NCBI RefSeq assembly: GCF_016432865.1
Contig: NC_067398.1
Span: forward strand, 432,388,001-432,452,000
Origin: Antechinus flavipes
Lineage: Eukaryota
Direction: 5' to 3'
DNA: 64,000 bases
The notes beneath the pieces are model-generated. The model searched no databases. It saw only the letters and a list, made by a program, of their open reading frames with translations, and had not been told where the DNA came from. Shown here one piece after another: positions 50,940 to 64,000 of the stretch; the first letter of the stretch is position 1; every line of letters begins with the position of its first letter. The position numbers and the translations under genes are program-made.

Positions 50940-52600
50940 AGTGCTAATCACTAGGTATAGGTGAGTTACAAAAAGAAATGGCAAGCCAAACTGCTGTCAG
51001 TAATTCTTTAAGGATTTTGGAAAATAAGGGAGGTGCTACAGGACTGAAGAAGGGCAAATGCTGTCTTTTTTTTTTTTTTTTTTTTTTTTTAAGAAAAAAC
51101 AAATAATGGTATCTGTAAGATATAAATCAACCATTGAACTTCAATTCCAGGCAAAATTCCAGAATGTAAGTCAAAAGAATGGTCAGTGACCATCTAGAAA
51201 AAGAAGGGAGATCCCAAAGAGTCTGTATGATTTCATCAAGAAGAGGCCACTCCCTTTTTGGATAGGGAAAATTAGAGGAATATTATAGACAAATAATAAT
51301 TTATTGAGAATTTTAGTAGAGTGTTTTGCAAAATCTCTCATGATCTCTTTATAGAAAATATAGAAAGCTGCAAGTCTAGGTAGTAGGATGAGGAGATAGA
51401 TTCAGAATTGGTTACATGTTCACATCTAAAGAGAATCTAGTTTGGGAGTCCATTTATAAAGCAGTTCCTACTGGAGTTTTTTCAAGTCAATCTTTTGCTA
51501 TGTATAATTTAACTTTTTAAATCAAAGACTTGAATAAAGGCATGGATTGCTTAATTTTCAGATGAAACAAGGGACAAATGAAATGAGGGACAATGGAGGC
51601 AGGTTCCAAAAAAGATATCAATAACCTAGATATAACCTTGGGATGAATAAAATTAGATGAAATTTAGTAAGAACAAATTTAAAGCTTTTTTTTTTGGTTT
51701 AAAATAATATTATTAATTAATAATAATTTCAAGATGGAGAAGACATGGTCTCATTCAAAAAGACTGAGACTTTGTTGGATGATAAGGAAATTCAATGTAA
51801 ATAAAAGGTATGACATAATGAACCTACACACAAAAGAACTGTCATGATCTTAAGGCTTCACTAAAAGAGAGACTAGAGTAGACTAGAGAGGTGAAATAGT
51901 CTGATGGCTGGCTTTGTGTTCAGTCTGGGCTGTTTTCTAGAAAGGACATTGAAAAGCTGCAATATATCTAGAGGTTACACTATGATGATATAACACCTTA
52001 AGATCACATCATATGAATTTTATTAGAATTAAATGGGGTATTTAGCCAGGAGAAGAGATGACTTAGGCTAAGAACATGACATGCATGATGGTTTTAGAAG
52101 GCATGGTTAGGACTAATAGACAGCTTTGTTATTTTCTACCCAAATCNNNNNNNNNNNNNNNNNNNNNNNNNNNNNNNNNNNNNNNNNNNNNNNNNNNNNN
52201 NNNNNNNNNNNNNNNNNNNNNNNNNNNNNNNNNNNNNNNNNNNNNNNNNNNNNNNNNNNNNNNNNNNNNNNNNNNNNNNNNNNNNNNNNNNNNNNNNNNN
52301 NNNNNNNNNNNNNNNTTCAATTCAGTTTTCAGAGCTATCAAATGGAACAGGACTATACTTGTTTTACTTGATCACATAGGTAGGAGCAATAGTGATCATT
52401 TGAGTGGAAGATTTAGACTTCATTTAAGAAGCATTTCCTTAATAATTAAGAGCTATCTAAAAGAGGAATAGAGAACTTCCCTGGGTATCCTTTCATTGGA
52501 ATGGTTTAAACAAATAGATGGATAACTGCTCCTTTTAAATGTTTTTGATCAAATCTGGATTGGATTAGATGGTCACTATGTTCTTTTCTAACTTGAAGAT
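50940..52600 (+). mobile_element. CR1/L3 LINE: RT domain to 3' end, spanning a gap
   Basis: ttcaattccaggcaaaattccagaa; NFSRVFCKISHDL ~ DFSKAFDKVSHD near 51310; gggctgttttctagaaaggacattgaaaagctg. Confidence 0.75.
52147..52315. other. Assembly gap (169 N)
   Basis: Run of N. Confidence 1.
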
Positions 52601-52649
52601 TCTGGATTTTATGTCGACTCTTCTTTTCTTTTTTCTACTTTAAGAGGAG

Positions 52650-52870
52650 TGGTTGTTGTAGTTCGGTCCTGCCCAACTCTTCATAACCCAGTTATGGGGT
52701 TTTCTTGGCAAAATTATTGGAGTTATCACTTCCTTCTCTAATTCATTTTTCAGAAGAGAAAATTGAAGCAAACATGGTGGAATGACTTACTCAAGGTTAC
52801 ACAGTTAGTAAGCATCTGAAGGCATGATTTTGAACTCGGGTCTTCCTGACTCATCTAGCTGTCACCTAGA
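52650..52870 (-). mobile_element. Mar1-type SINE
   Basis: ggggttttcttggcaaaattattggag..tttgaactcgggtcttcctgact. Confidence 0.75.
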
Positions 52871-53439
52871 GGAGTGGCCAAGGGAGCAATTTCTTCTTCG
52901 GGGGCTTTCTTGTGAAGCTGGAATAGGACAGTATGTCTAACACTATTTCCCATGTTTTGAGTTTACACTAAGTGGATTAGAAAGAAATGACCTTGAAGTA
53001 GGGAAAGATTATTGTGGATAAGACATATGTGGATTTTAAAATATAGATGTGGATCTATGCATATGCATTGTGAAAGAGACATTAGACTTGTTTTATTTGG
53101 CTTTAGAAGGCAGAGTTTGAAGTAAGAGATGGCTTTACTTCTTTCTACCTTAAGCAAGTCATTTTGGGAAGGTAAGAAGGAAGCAAGGAAACAAATCTGC
53201 TGTGTGTTAGGCGCTGTATTAAGTTCTTTGCTAATATTATCTTATTTAGGAGATAGATATTATTATTATCATAATCACTTTACAATTCAGGGAATTAAGG
53301 CAGAAATTAAAACACTTGCCTAGGATCACATAGTAAGTGCCTGAGGTTATATTTGAACTCAGGTCTTCCTGACCCAGGCCCAGTGGCCATCTAGTTGCTT
53401 CCAGAAACTCAGGCCCTGATATGTAAATTGAAGGAGTTG

Positions 53440-53700
53440 AACCAAAAGACTACTCTGGAGTCCATTGAAGGTCCAAACCTATGATGCTCTGAAGTTGGAA
53501 AGAGACGTCAGGCTTGATGTCAGGAAAACTTCTTTACAATTAGAACTGTCTAAAAGTGGAATGGGCTCTCTTAGCAGGTGATGGGTCCAGTTCACTGAAG
53601 GTCTTTAGCTAGATGAATACTTGTTACATATGTTATAGAGGAAACTAGACTAGGAAGCACTGAGATTTCTTCTAATGCTAAATTCCATGATTCTGTCTGT
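53440..53700 (+). mobile_element. CR1/L3 3' end
   Basis: caggcttgatgtcaggaaaacttctttacaattagaactgtctaaaagtggaatgggct. Confidence 0.65.
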
Positions 53701-55314
53701 ATCATTTATATCTGCTGAGAAGAAAAATTTTAAAATAAACACTTATTTTTCAGAGAGTTGCAATTTAAATATGTCATGTTGAATATGTGGGTATATATCT
53801 AACTATCTATATCTATCTATCTATCTATATATCTATGTAAAGGTTTAATTGTTTTCATATGGAGGCCTGGACTTACTAAAAAAAAAAAAAAAAACCTGTT
53901 GTATAAATAATTTGATATGTTAAAGATATTTAAGTATTTTAAAATATCTCCAACATTAATATATGTTCAAAATGAAAAGATGAAATGACACATAGGATGA
54001 AATCCAGGTTAACCAAGTACTTAGTACAGTACCTATCACAGAGGAAGCATTAATAAATGTTTGATGACTGATCCCAAGTCATCATTAGTTTTGGTTTGAG
54101 GGTCACTGATGTTTTCATGGACATGTTAGTCAGGGATCACAATCTCTTCCTTTGTACAGTAGTCAATGAACATAGGAAGAGATTTCAGTTCATTATATAA
54201 CTAAGATCATTTCTACTTTTCTACCTTTAAAAATATTTTATCATTTGAAAGTTTTTCAAATTTCAGTACTGGGAGTTTGTTGAGCCTTCTCTTTCCTGAG
54301 ACAAAGCTCTGGCAGACCTAAATTAATTTAATGGATTCTGATTCCTCCCTGGATGCCTCTGAGGGGCTAATGGTTGTTAAGTAACTATCCATCTTGTTAG
54401 GGAGAAAAAATACCCTGCAGTTTCTGTATACACCCCATTACCTCCAGAGACATTTCTCACACTAGCCTTTCCTTCACCCTTCCTTTGCTAGCCCGTTATG
54501 TATGTATATAAAAGCCAATAATTATTTAGAAAAGAGAGACAGATTTTAAAATTATTTATTGAAGCTCTATTTTCTGTCTGTAAAGCTTCAAAGCATTTAC
54601 CTGTCATTGATTAGCACTGAAAGAGTTTCATTGAAGTAGTGTTAGGAAGAAGGCATTACTGTTTTCCTGCTATTTAGAAACAACTACAAGACTGTGCTTG
54701 CTGACCCACCCACCTCCCTGCAATACTCCCAGCCAGTCTAATTCTTTTGGAGTGAGGGCTTGTTCTTTGCTATTGGTTTTGAAAGCCCAGGAAGAAAGGT
54801 GAAAATCAATGACATTTTTCTTCAAGAATAACACTTAGGAATAATTGGCTTAATATGAAATGAAGCTAATTGTATTCCATGGCTTCCCCTTGAGAGCTGG
54901 ATAATTTGTCTATGGTTTTCTGGTAGCTGAGATGATATTAAAACAAATCATCTTGATCATGAATGCTGGCTTTTCATTCTCTCCCATTTATAAACAAATG
55001 ACAAAAGTATTAGAGTCTCAAACATGACAGCAAAATAGGACAATACTGTGGCAAACAATTTGCTTTCATCTAATAAAAATAAAAGGAAAGTTTTAAAGCA
55101 GAAAGACAAAACACACTCATTTTTAAACCCCAGACCTATAAAAGTATAATTGTAAAGTTACAATAACATGTGAAATAATTTGCTCTTATTTGCAAAGTTA
55201 TAATAATAATAATAATAATTTAGCATTATTAGGTATTCTTATGATCAGAAATATTTCTGAACTATTTTCAAATCTGCATTTATGATTATTAAATGATTAG
55301 AGAAGAGAGGAAGC

Positions 55315-55530
55315 ATAGTATAGGTAATGGAGGATAAACCTGGAAATTTGAAAGACCAAGGTTCAAATTCTGTCTCTAAAACATGCTAATTACGTGGCTA
55401 TAGATAAGTCATTTAATTTCTCAGTGTCTCAGTAAGTCTACCAGCCTTTAAGTTACAGATGAATGACTATTCTGTATGGAGTCTCTATGCTAGGAGTTCT
55501 CTACAAGTAATGAAATCATAGATGTAGATA
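55315..55530 (+). mobile_element. Marsupial CORE-SINE (MIR/Mar3-like)
   Basis: Same structure as 30520-30735 (ggttcaaattctgtctct..aagtcatttaatttctcag..aatgaaatcatag). Confidence 0.6.
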
Positions 55531-58500
55531 TCTTCTAAGACACTCTCCCTTTCCCCATCCTTCCATGATTAAAGAGCATTTCTGTCTGTCTCTGTCTCTA
55601 TCACTTTTTCTTTCTCATTCTGTCTCTCCTGTGTGCACACTACAGGTGTGATCACCAGCACTTCACAAATAAAGAATTAAGACACAGAGAGAATTAGTGA
55701 TTTATATATTATCATATAGTTAATAAGTGTTACTAGTAGAATTTTGACATAGGTCTCCCTAAGTATAAATCAAAAATTCTATCTGCAATATCATATTGCT
55801 TCTCTATAAATATGAAATTAAATGGAAGGAATTATCCGGATAATTCAGGCCATAAAACCACTTAAGGAAAAAGCAGAGTCAATAGAATTTTTGTGATCTG
55901 CTAGATAATATATGTCAACAAAATGACAATTTCATTTCATTGAGCAGACATAATATATCTCATTTGGATTTTACTTCATTCAAAAGAGTGTATACTGATT
56001 CCTAGGACCCATATTGAGCACTAAAATGGGAAATCATTCCCCACACCAATTTAAAACTTGTTTTAATTCAATATCATTTCATTGTGCCTGGATTTTATTA
56101 GAAATCTGGTTATAGTTTATCAGAACCCAGAAAGTATTTAGGTATTTCTTTTAATTCTTCATTTAATAAAATAAGAAGCTGAAGCTCATGGAACTGAATT
56201 GACTTGTTCAAAGTTACAATGCTAGGCAGTCCCAGGGTAGAGACTAGAATAGTCTCTAAATAATACACTACAATTTAATGAGATGACTTCATAGATTTCA
56301 AATGTTAACCTAACATTTATCCATTGTTGAGTAATATGGAACCATTTTATAAAATCTGTTTAAGCATTTTTAATGTAGTGTTGAGACAATTTAATAAATC
56401 AAATAGAAAAAAAAATGCTTCTCTTGGAAGGTGTTTGTTAGTAATAAATGAGAAAGATAGCTAAAATTTTGTTCCTTATTAAGGGCAAATTAATAAAGTA
56501 CTAATATTTTTATTGCAAAAGGAATTCTCTAGAAGAAAATTTCATTATAAATTATTATGATTCTTACATGCATATTTATCTTTCATGAAGTACATAGAAT
56601 GTACCTGGAACCATGATAGGTGGTAGGCATATGAGATAAAAATAAAAACAAGTTTCTGCCTTCATGGAGTTTGCATTCTATTGGCAGATATGGAATATAG
56701 TCAGATAAGTAAATGTAAAATTCATATAAAGACAATCTATAGTAATTTAAGTGATAAGTAGGGGAGAACACTAAAAAAAATTGGGAGACTAAGTTTAAAA
56801 AAATTTCACTAAAATCTTTTTATATATAGTGACATTCTTCTTCAGCATAATTATAGTTTAAATTATGTAACATAGTTCCCATTTCTAACTAGAACAATTT
56901 TATTGATTGTAAGGGGAAAAAAATTAGCTGTAGTAGAAATAATGAAAAAGTACTTTCCAGAGTGAAGATACCCCATCAGAGTAAAGGTGGCCCAAGTGCC
57001 TAACTTCCTCTCATCTATTTAACTTATGACTTAAATAAAGACTTTAAGATAAAAAAAAAAAAAATGAGCCATGATACCTAGAACTATTTGGTAACTATGG
57101 GATGACTGTATAGTGCCCTTTTGTGGCTTGGCTGACAAAAATATATTTTTTTCTTTCTTTTGAGTAATAGTATTGATAAAACCACTCTCAGGGTTTTATC
57201 TCTCAGGGACAAGGCCATATTTCTCAATGAATCTGAGAAACAATCTTAGAGCTATTAAAACTTCAGAATCTCCACTGTCATTTGCTGCTTGATAGAGCTG
57301 ATCAGTGAGAAATTACGTTCCTTGGAGAAACATAGTGGGAAAAACTTGGTTGCTTAGAAAAACTGAATGGAAGAAAGGCTTTGATGCTTGGAAGAAAAAA
57401 GCATTGTTCTTGGATGAGCTACACTAAAAGGCATTACACAATGTTACCTACAAGGGAGCACCATCCAGCACACAGTTAAGGAAGCATACCTAGCAAAATT
57501 CAGCAGTTCTTAGGCTAAAGGTTCTGTTACCTTGAAGGGTATCACATTAACAAGTCAACCCAGAAAAGAATTTGGCCTGAGTATAGTAAGAAAGTAAAGA
57601 GGCCCAAAAGAGAAGAGACCAAATTCATCTCTGTCTTGTGGTTGACAATTCCTAAAGGAAACAATAGACATCATGTCTTGTACTCTACAGTGGTGAGATG
57701 CCCTGGGCAATGTGTTCCCTCCTCATATCTCTCTTTGTTACAGTTTTGAAAATTTATACTCACTTTTCCCCTAGGATACTGTGTACACTGGAAGAAAAGT
57801 ATGTCCCTGGGTTATAATGAAACAACCTCTTTAAATTAGTTTTGCTTTACTTTCTGTTTATTAAAGGTTTCTGATTAAGAGTTAATGATGTCATGTTGGC
57901 TGATTTGTAAGAGCACACTGGTGAGGATTTCAAATGAGATAAAACATAATGAGCTTTGAAAACCAAAAATGGTTACACAGATCATTATTTTTCTATTCTT
58001 TATGATCTTCAAACTTAGCACATCATTCAGACAGCCAAGGTGAAAATGCACTATGGGTTTAGATCTTTATTCTCAATTGAATCACATCGTGATTTTGATT
58101 AAGAAAATTTATAGAAGAAAAAGTGGTTTATAATTAAACTATATTTGTTAGAAAAAATTAGTGTGAATATATATTATATATTAAATATTCTAATTATTAT
58201 ATTATATATTCTCTCTCTCTTTCTCTCTCTAATATAAACATTTTTTAAGTGCCTTCAATATTCCAGAGATATAGAGAAATACACAGTCACTGTCTCTAAA
58301 TAACTTACATAGTAATGGGGGAGACAACTCATTAACAATTAAGTTCAAGTTACCTGTAGCCCTAGAGGAAGGCATGAATAGCAGGGGAGCCCGGTAAAGT
58401 TATGCTGAGGTAGGTGGGTTTGCATAGTGTTTAATGAAGTCAAAGAAACCAAAAATGGAGGTAAGAGGGAACTTCAGGAAGGAAGGCTAGTTAGTGAAAA

Positions 58501-58836
58501 GGCATGAACAGTGTGGTGCAGCAGAAAGACAAGAGACAGGAGAGTTGCTTTTGAGAAACTAGAACTAGGTCAGGGTTATCGGAATATACACTGCATGGTG
58601 GGGAATGAAGTGTAAGAAGGCTGGAAAGGTAGGAAAGTATCTGACTTTGAATAGCTCCTATGAATAGGAGTTTGTGTGTGATTCTAGCAATAATAATGTC
58701 CAATTGAAGCAAATTGAACTTTTTTCTTACATTTAGGTTACTCTCTTTAATCCTATTGTATAATTAGCACTTTATACACCAGTGATCTGGTGACCTACTT
58801 TAGAAAAGTCACCATGGAAGCCGAATGCAATATATA

Positions 58837-58968
58837 NNNNNNNNNNNNNNNNNNNNNNNNNNNNNNNNNNNNNNNNNNNNNNNNNNNNNNNNNNNNNNNN
58901 NNNNNNNNNNNNNNNNNNNNNNNNNNNNNNNNNNNNNNNNNNNNNNNNNNNNNNNNNNNNNNNNNNNN
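58837..58968. other. Assembly gap (132 N)
   Basis: Run of N. Confidence 1.
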
Positions 58969-59117
58969 ATGCAAGAAAACTGTTTAGAAAGTTTTAGTTT
59001 AGAGGTGATAAGGTAATAAAGGCCTAATACAGAGTTGTGGCTGTAGGCAGGCAATGTGCTAGATAAAAAAAGCACAAAAAGGAAATAGAAACTTACCCGT
59101 GGGGAGATTATATTCTA

Positions 59118-59547
59118 TAGTATTTTATTTTTCCAAATTCATGCAAAGGTATTTTTCAACATTCACATTTGCAAAATCTTGTGTTCCAAATTTTTCTCCC
59201 TCTCCTTCCCTCTTCCCCCTCCCCAAGACAGCAAGCAATCTGATACAGGTTAAACATGTATAATTCTTCTAAATATATTTCCATATTCATTGCAAAGGGA
59301 AAAACACAAGAAAGAGAAAAAAAAAACAAGCAAACAAACAACAACAAAGATGAAAACATTATGTTTTGGTCCATATTCATTCTCCATAGTGCTCTCTTTG
59401 ATGTGGATGGCTCTGTTCATCCCAAATCTATTGGAATGACCTTGTATCAACTCATTATTGAGAAGAGCTAAGTCCATCACAGCTGATCATCACATAATCT
59501 TGTTATTGTGTACACTCTTCTCTTGGTTCTGCTTACTTCACTCAGCA
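59118..59547 (-). mobile_element. 5'-truncated L1 3' end
   Basis: L1 3'UTR text; TSD gggagattatattcta(59102-59117)/gggagactttattcta(59548-59563). Confidence 0.9.
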
Positions 59548-59774
59548 GGGAGACTTTATTCTAGTGCAGGGATGGGGAATGTCTGGCAGAAATCATTTGC
59601 TAAGGCAATCTCAGGCAATGATGAACTGAAATCTAGGTACAACAACCTCCCATTGCTCAAGTTCTATAAGTTGATCATTTTGTGTGGCCAGTGAATGATG
59701 TTATAAATATCCAAATGGCCCTTGGCAGAAAAGAGTTTCTTTACGTCTGTGGTAGAGGGAAAGAGAAGAGTTAC

Positions 59775-60015
59775 ATAGGGCAAAGCTTCTTACAGTGTGG
59801 GTCAAAACCCTACATGTAATTGAAAGTGGGAATTGTGAAAAATTTGACAATAAATGGTTTCTGAAAGCCAAGATCAAAAAATAATTCCAAATCAAACACA
59901 TAATGAATCCAAGGTATTTCTGGCAGTGCTTGTACATCTTATATTGTGTGACTTCATGCAATTTGATTTCAAACACACAACAGGTGCATTTTGCACTATA
60001 CATGAATGAGCATTG
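59775..60015. mobile_element. hAT-type DNA transposon fragment
   Basis: gcttcttacagtgtgggtcaaaaccc..gtgaaaaatttgacaa..atccaaggtatttctggcagtgcttg resembles a recalled marsupial hAT element. Confidence 0.45.
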
Positions 60016-61654
60016 CTGGAAACACCTTGGCTTAGATTTAAAACAGGCCACAGGCTAAAAGGTGTTAAGTTTAAGGAGCTGGGACATAGAGAATTTACCC
60101 TCTACTTGCCCCTAACCGCTGCCTATTCCTCCCTGGATTGTCAATGCCCAGAGGTAAGTGAGAGGGGAAGATCTCTGGCATCAGTAGGGTCTTTCTAAGT
60201 TGAAGATAAAATGGAAAGAAAAGGGAAGAAAAATTCTAAGCCCTGTTAATGGAAAGGAAGGGTTCATCCTGGTTTAGATAGTTGTTTCCCCCAGATGCGC
60301 AGCCATTAATATAAGGGATAACATGTATCTACCTACACATATGCATACTTACATGTGTATATAGCTTATATTTAACAGACATTTATATATTTTATAGAAT
60401 ATGAACTTATATTTAATAGAACACAAGTTCCTTGCAGGTTGGCCCTGCTGAATTTCTGTCTGGGTTTCCAATTTCTAGTACGGTCTTTGACAAAAAGCAA
60501 GTGCCTTAATACATTTTTATCCAATGAATTCTTGTTAAATATATAAATTAAGGATTTTCCCCACTGTTATGGTAGTGTAGACAATGTAAAAGTTATGGCT
60601 CAGCTATGACTAATTGTTTTCATTAACATCTTTTGTTAATAAATATAATCTTAAATGAAAATGTTATATAAAAGACATAACTTGAGAGTTTAAAAAATAA
60701 CCTAACTTGGATTAAATAATTTCATTTAGAATTAGCAAGAAAAAGCTTAATTGTATTATTAGACAGCAATAGCTTTAATTACATTGTCTAACTTCTATTT
60801 TGTTGATTTATTCTCCATATATATTTTTTCTTATTCCTGAACCCCTTTTATTCTTTACTCCTGCATATACACTATACTCTTACTTTCTGAAGTTGAATTT
60901 GGAATATGTTCAGCATGTTTTGGGTTTTCTGCCCCAAAACATGTTAGATTAACCAAGTTGATAAATTACTGTGATTATGTTTGACATAGGGCTTGTGTTT
61001 GAATATGTACCAATGGCTCAGTTTTCATGCCAATTATATACTGTCTAACAATGATAAATGCTTCCTGATACTGGAAATGATCATGATTATTTCATTCTTA
61101 TCCCACAAACTGTATTATGTTTCAGTAATTCTAGTATTAGAAGCTAAATGCTAATAAATGTTGACAATTCTATGTCTTTTAGAATTGCACATATTATACT
61201 TCTTATGTTTCCTTAGGATTGCTATTTTTGGGAAACCTAAGATAGAATTGTCCTAGTTTACATCTAACAACTCAATGGAAAGTCTGTATTGGTTTGGAAT
61301 AATAATATAAAATCAGTCTTTTGTTTAAAATATCTTCAATGTCTATTTCCTAGAATTGTTACTAAATGGATTGTTCTGGTTATTTTAATTTGCTGAGATG
61401 AAAGTTACCAAATCTGTATATCTATACTGTGAATCTTGATAGAATATGTTTTTTTTTTTTTTCAGGGAAGTAACTATTTCCTTTTTTTGCCTATCAAAGA
61501 TAAATATTTGTTGTATTGAATTAATTTTCAAAGAATTAGAATACAATAAAATAAATGTGAAAACTATATTGAATCTACAACTTATCCCGAGACAATAAAT
61601 ATAAACAACAATAATGAAATATTAATAAAATAACAAAAACAATAGCTAATATTT

Positions 61655-61870
61655 TATGGCACTTATGTATTAGACAATGCACTAAACACTTTACAATTAT
61701 TATTCATTTGATCCTCATAACAACTCTGTGAGGTGGTTTTTATCTCATTTTTACAGATGAGGAAATTGAGGCAAACAGAAATTAAATGATTTGTTCTTTT
61801 CACACAGCTAGTGTGTGTCTGAGACTAGTTTTGAACTCAGCTTTTCCTCTCTCTAAGCCTACTGCTATAG
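61655..61870 (-). mobile_element. MIR/Mar CORE-SINE
   Basis: atttgatcctcataacaactctgtgagg..tttacagatgaggaaattgaggc. Confidence 0.75.
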
Positions 61871-63051
61871 AACAGTATATATATAACATCTTGCAATTTC
61901 CCCATTTTTTAATATGTTAAAAACTCATTTATGCACATTGCAGGGAGAGACTGGTCAAATAAATTTTAATGTTAAGTGAGCAATACTGTATTTATCACAT
62001 ATGAATTTCTGATTTGTAAAGAACTGGAATACAATAGAATACATTTCTCCACAAAACTATGCTGAATATAGTTGTTTTTTGTTAGCCTAATGGGGAAGTT
62101 GGAAGGGTCAGTTGCTAGGACAGGAAAGAGCAGAGGTCCTCTACAATGGAAAGGCCACGTGTTCTTTCTGTAGCGGCAGCTCACATTCTACTGGCAACCC
62201 ACATTTCGGATAAGGGAGTTTTTGGTTCCTCAGGCTGGACCAATATTTCTGCCAGTATTATGTAGAGACGTGACCCTGGGAGATAGATAAAGATCAGAGA
62301 AGGGTTTAAAGAGCCCAGGAGTAAGGAATAAGGGGACTTTGGTCATATGAAAATTTCTCTGGGTATTCCCTACCTCCCCACCCCTCCTTCTGTTTCTACT
62401 TGTCTCTCTTCTGGGGAAATTTCTGGGAGGGCATGATGTTGGTTGAATCACACATGCCTTCAGGCTAGTGGCTCAGTGCTTCAGGCACAGGAAACACCCC
62501 AAGGGAATTTGACTGTGATAAATCCACATCAGCCAGTCAGCAAAAACTGTGTCCTTGACAGCACCTTCTGAAATGTTCTTCCTCCCTTAGAGCTTGTCTG
62601 TGGCTGAGGTCAGAGCCCTCTGATTCTTGTGATGATTCTGAAAGAGCTTCAGGATATTGCAGGGGCTGGTGTCACACTATGGACATAATTATCTTTTCAT
62701 AGTGCTTGAGACACCAGAATGGATAGGAAATTAAACTGAATCCAAACTGGCCTCTATGACTTACCCTGAAGGTGGCTTGCTGATAAAAACTCTGATATCA
62801 GCTTATTGATTTATTTGCTTTTTCTCATAAAAGCAGAGGACAGAAAAAACAAATCCAGACAAATAATTGTCTGGTCATTGTGATTCTGGGCAAATAGTAA
62901 TTAGCATGAATTAATTTATAATAATTTACAATTTACTTTAATTTGATGACAGAAATTCCAAAGAGCCTCAGTTCTGACACAGAAAGCTTCTTGTAAGGAG
63001 GTTTTTATGTAAAGAGTTTCCCTTAAAATCCAATTCTTTTCAAAATTATGG

Positions 63052-63262
63052 TTTTTATTCAGTCATGTCTGACTCCTGGTGATTCTATTTAAGATTTTCT
63101 TGGCAAAGATATAGGAATGATTTGCCACTTCCTTCTCCAGCTCATTTTACAGATGAGGAAACTGAGGCAAACAGGATTAGTGTCCTGAGTCATGCAGTAA
63201 GGGTCTGAGGCTACATTTGAACTCAAAAAGAGGAATCTTTCTGACTCCATCTAGCTGGTCTA
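63052..63262 (-). mobile_element. Mar1-type SINE
   Basis: cagtcatgtctgactc..ttcttggcaaagatataggaatgatttgccacttccttctccagctcattttacagatgaggaaactgagg. Confidence 0.85.
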
Positions 63263-63608
63263 TTGCTTAAAAGAATCCTGTAAATTTCACAGGAAAATAG
63301 GCTTAGATGTAGACAGGAACTCAAGGGACTCTCTAGTTCACTGCCTTCATTTTATAGGTGAGGAAATTGAGTTAAGAGAGCTTAAGTAGGACCAGAATTG
63401 CACAGATCGTATGTAACAAAGACAAAACTTCACCTAGGTCTTTCAAACCCAAATCTACAATATTTTTTCTACTTTATCAGCTTAATTCTTCGATTTAAGT
63501 CTCAGTAATAAATGAAAAATTATCAATCATGTATAATTTTAACTTCACTAAACTGAACCTCAACCTGGAGGTTACAACAATGAATGCATGGTAAAAATGG
63601 AATAATAA

Positions 63609-64000
63609 TGACAAGGGCAGCCCTGAAACTTTCTCTCTCATGGAGAAAGTCTCCTTGAATCCCTGGCCTCTCTAAAAGACCCCACCCAAGGGAAACAGGA
63701 CAAACAGCTTCATTCTGTTATCCTGAGAGAGGGGCACTACCCCCACTGATAACACTCACTGCTGATTAAGCTTCCCACTGACTTAAAGATCAAGCCCAGA
63801 GACTCATTCACTTCCAAGATTTTCCAGCTTGGATGGCACCCAACCCCCATCACGAGCAACCCCCAGCTTGTAGCCAAGCCTTCTATTATAAAAAGAGCCA
63901 ACTTGGGGCTCAGTCCTTGCAGAGAACCTAATATGCCATGCCAAGGAAACTCTTTTTCCCCTGGCATAGCCACAAACCTCTGCCTGCTGAAATGATATTC
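63609..64000 (+). mobile_element. ERV LTR running off the window end
   Basis: agcttgtagccaagccttctattataaaagagccaa..atgccatgccaaggaaa, shared with the reverse complement of the 1723-2516 LTR; start position approximate. Confidence 0.65.

Noticed and set aside
49592-57537. Identical 16-mer ttctgttaccttgaag at 49592 and 57522
   Set aside because: A few 16-mer matches are expected by chance in 64 kb of AT-rich DNA, and the match does not extend.
52076-59075. ORFs containing X runs
   Set aside because: Artefacts of reading through the two N gaps.
60046-60159. Possible exon ending at the strong donor gag|gtaagt (60154)
   Set aside because: The upstream acceptor lacks a polypyrimidine tract and the peptide is unrecognised.
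62169-62454. GC-richer block with CCAAT and TATA-like motifs as an LTR
   Set aside because: No TSD, AATAAA or matching ends found.
389-63973. Short ORFs in the supplied track as protein-coding genes
   Set aside because: All are 142 aa or shorter, low-complexity (F/L/I/K-rich), mostly inside repeats and resemble no protein I recognise. Only 389..622 has homology, to dead L1 ORF1.
1-64000. CRISPR-like or other regularly spaced arrays
   Set aside because: None seen; the recurring motifs are dispersed SINE/LINE copies at irregular spacing.

Overview
AT-rich, CpG-poor mammalian DNA, almost certainly marsupial and probably a dasyurid. This rests on Mar1-type SINEs, marsupial L1 3' ends and a marsupial-like mitochondrial tRNA-Ile/ND2 start. 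It comes from a scaffold with two N gaps. I found no protein-coding exon I can support, so the window looks intergenic or deep intronic. It is dominated by transposon remnants: young and old L1, L2, CR1/L3, MIR/Mar1 CORE-SINEs, RTE-related (WALLSI-like) repeats, hAT MITEs, a 7SL-derived retrocopy and several solo LTRs. It also holds a ~280 bp mitochondrial insertion (ND2 start-trnM-trnQ-trnI-ND1 end) inside an L2. I do not see a new gene system. The most unusual signals are locally templated insertions: (1) a perfect 43 bp inverted copy of nearby unique DNA captured at the 3' junction of an L1; (2) a ~90 bp direct copy of nearby DNA inside a hAT MITE. A candidate recursive splice site is also present. 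Repeat family names come from my recall of consensus sequences, not from a database search. Boundaries lacking target-site duplications (TSDs) are approximate.
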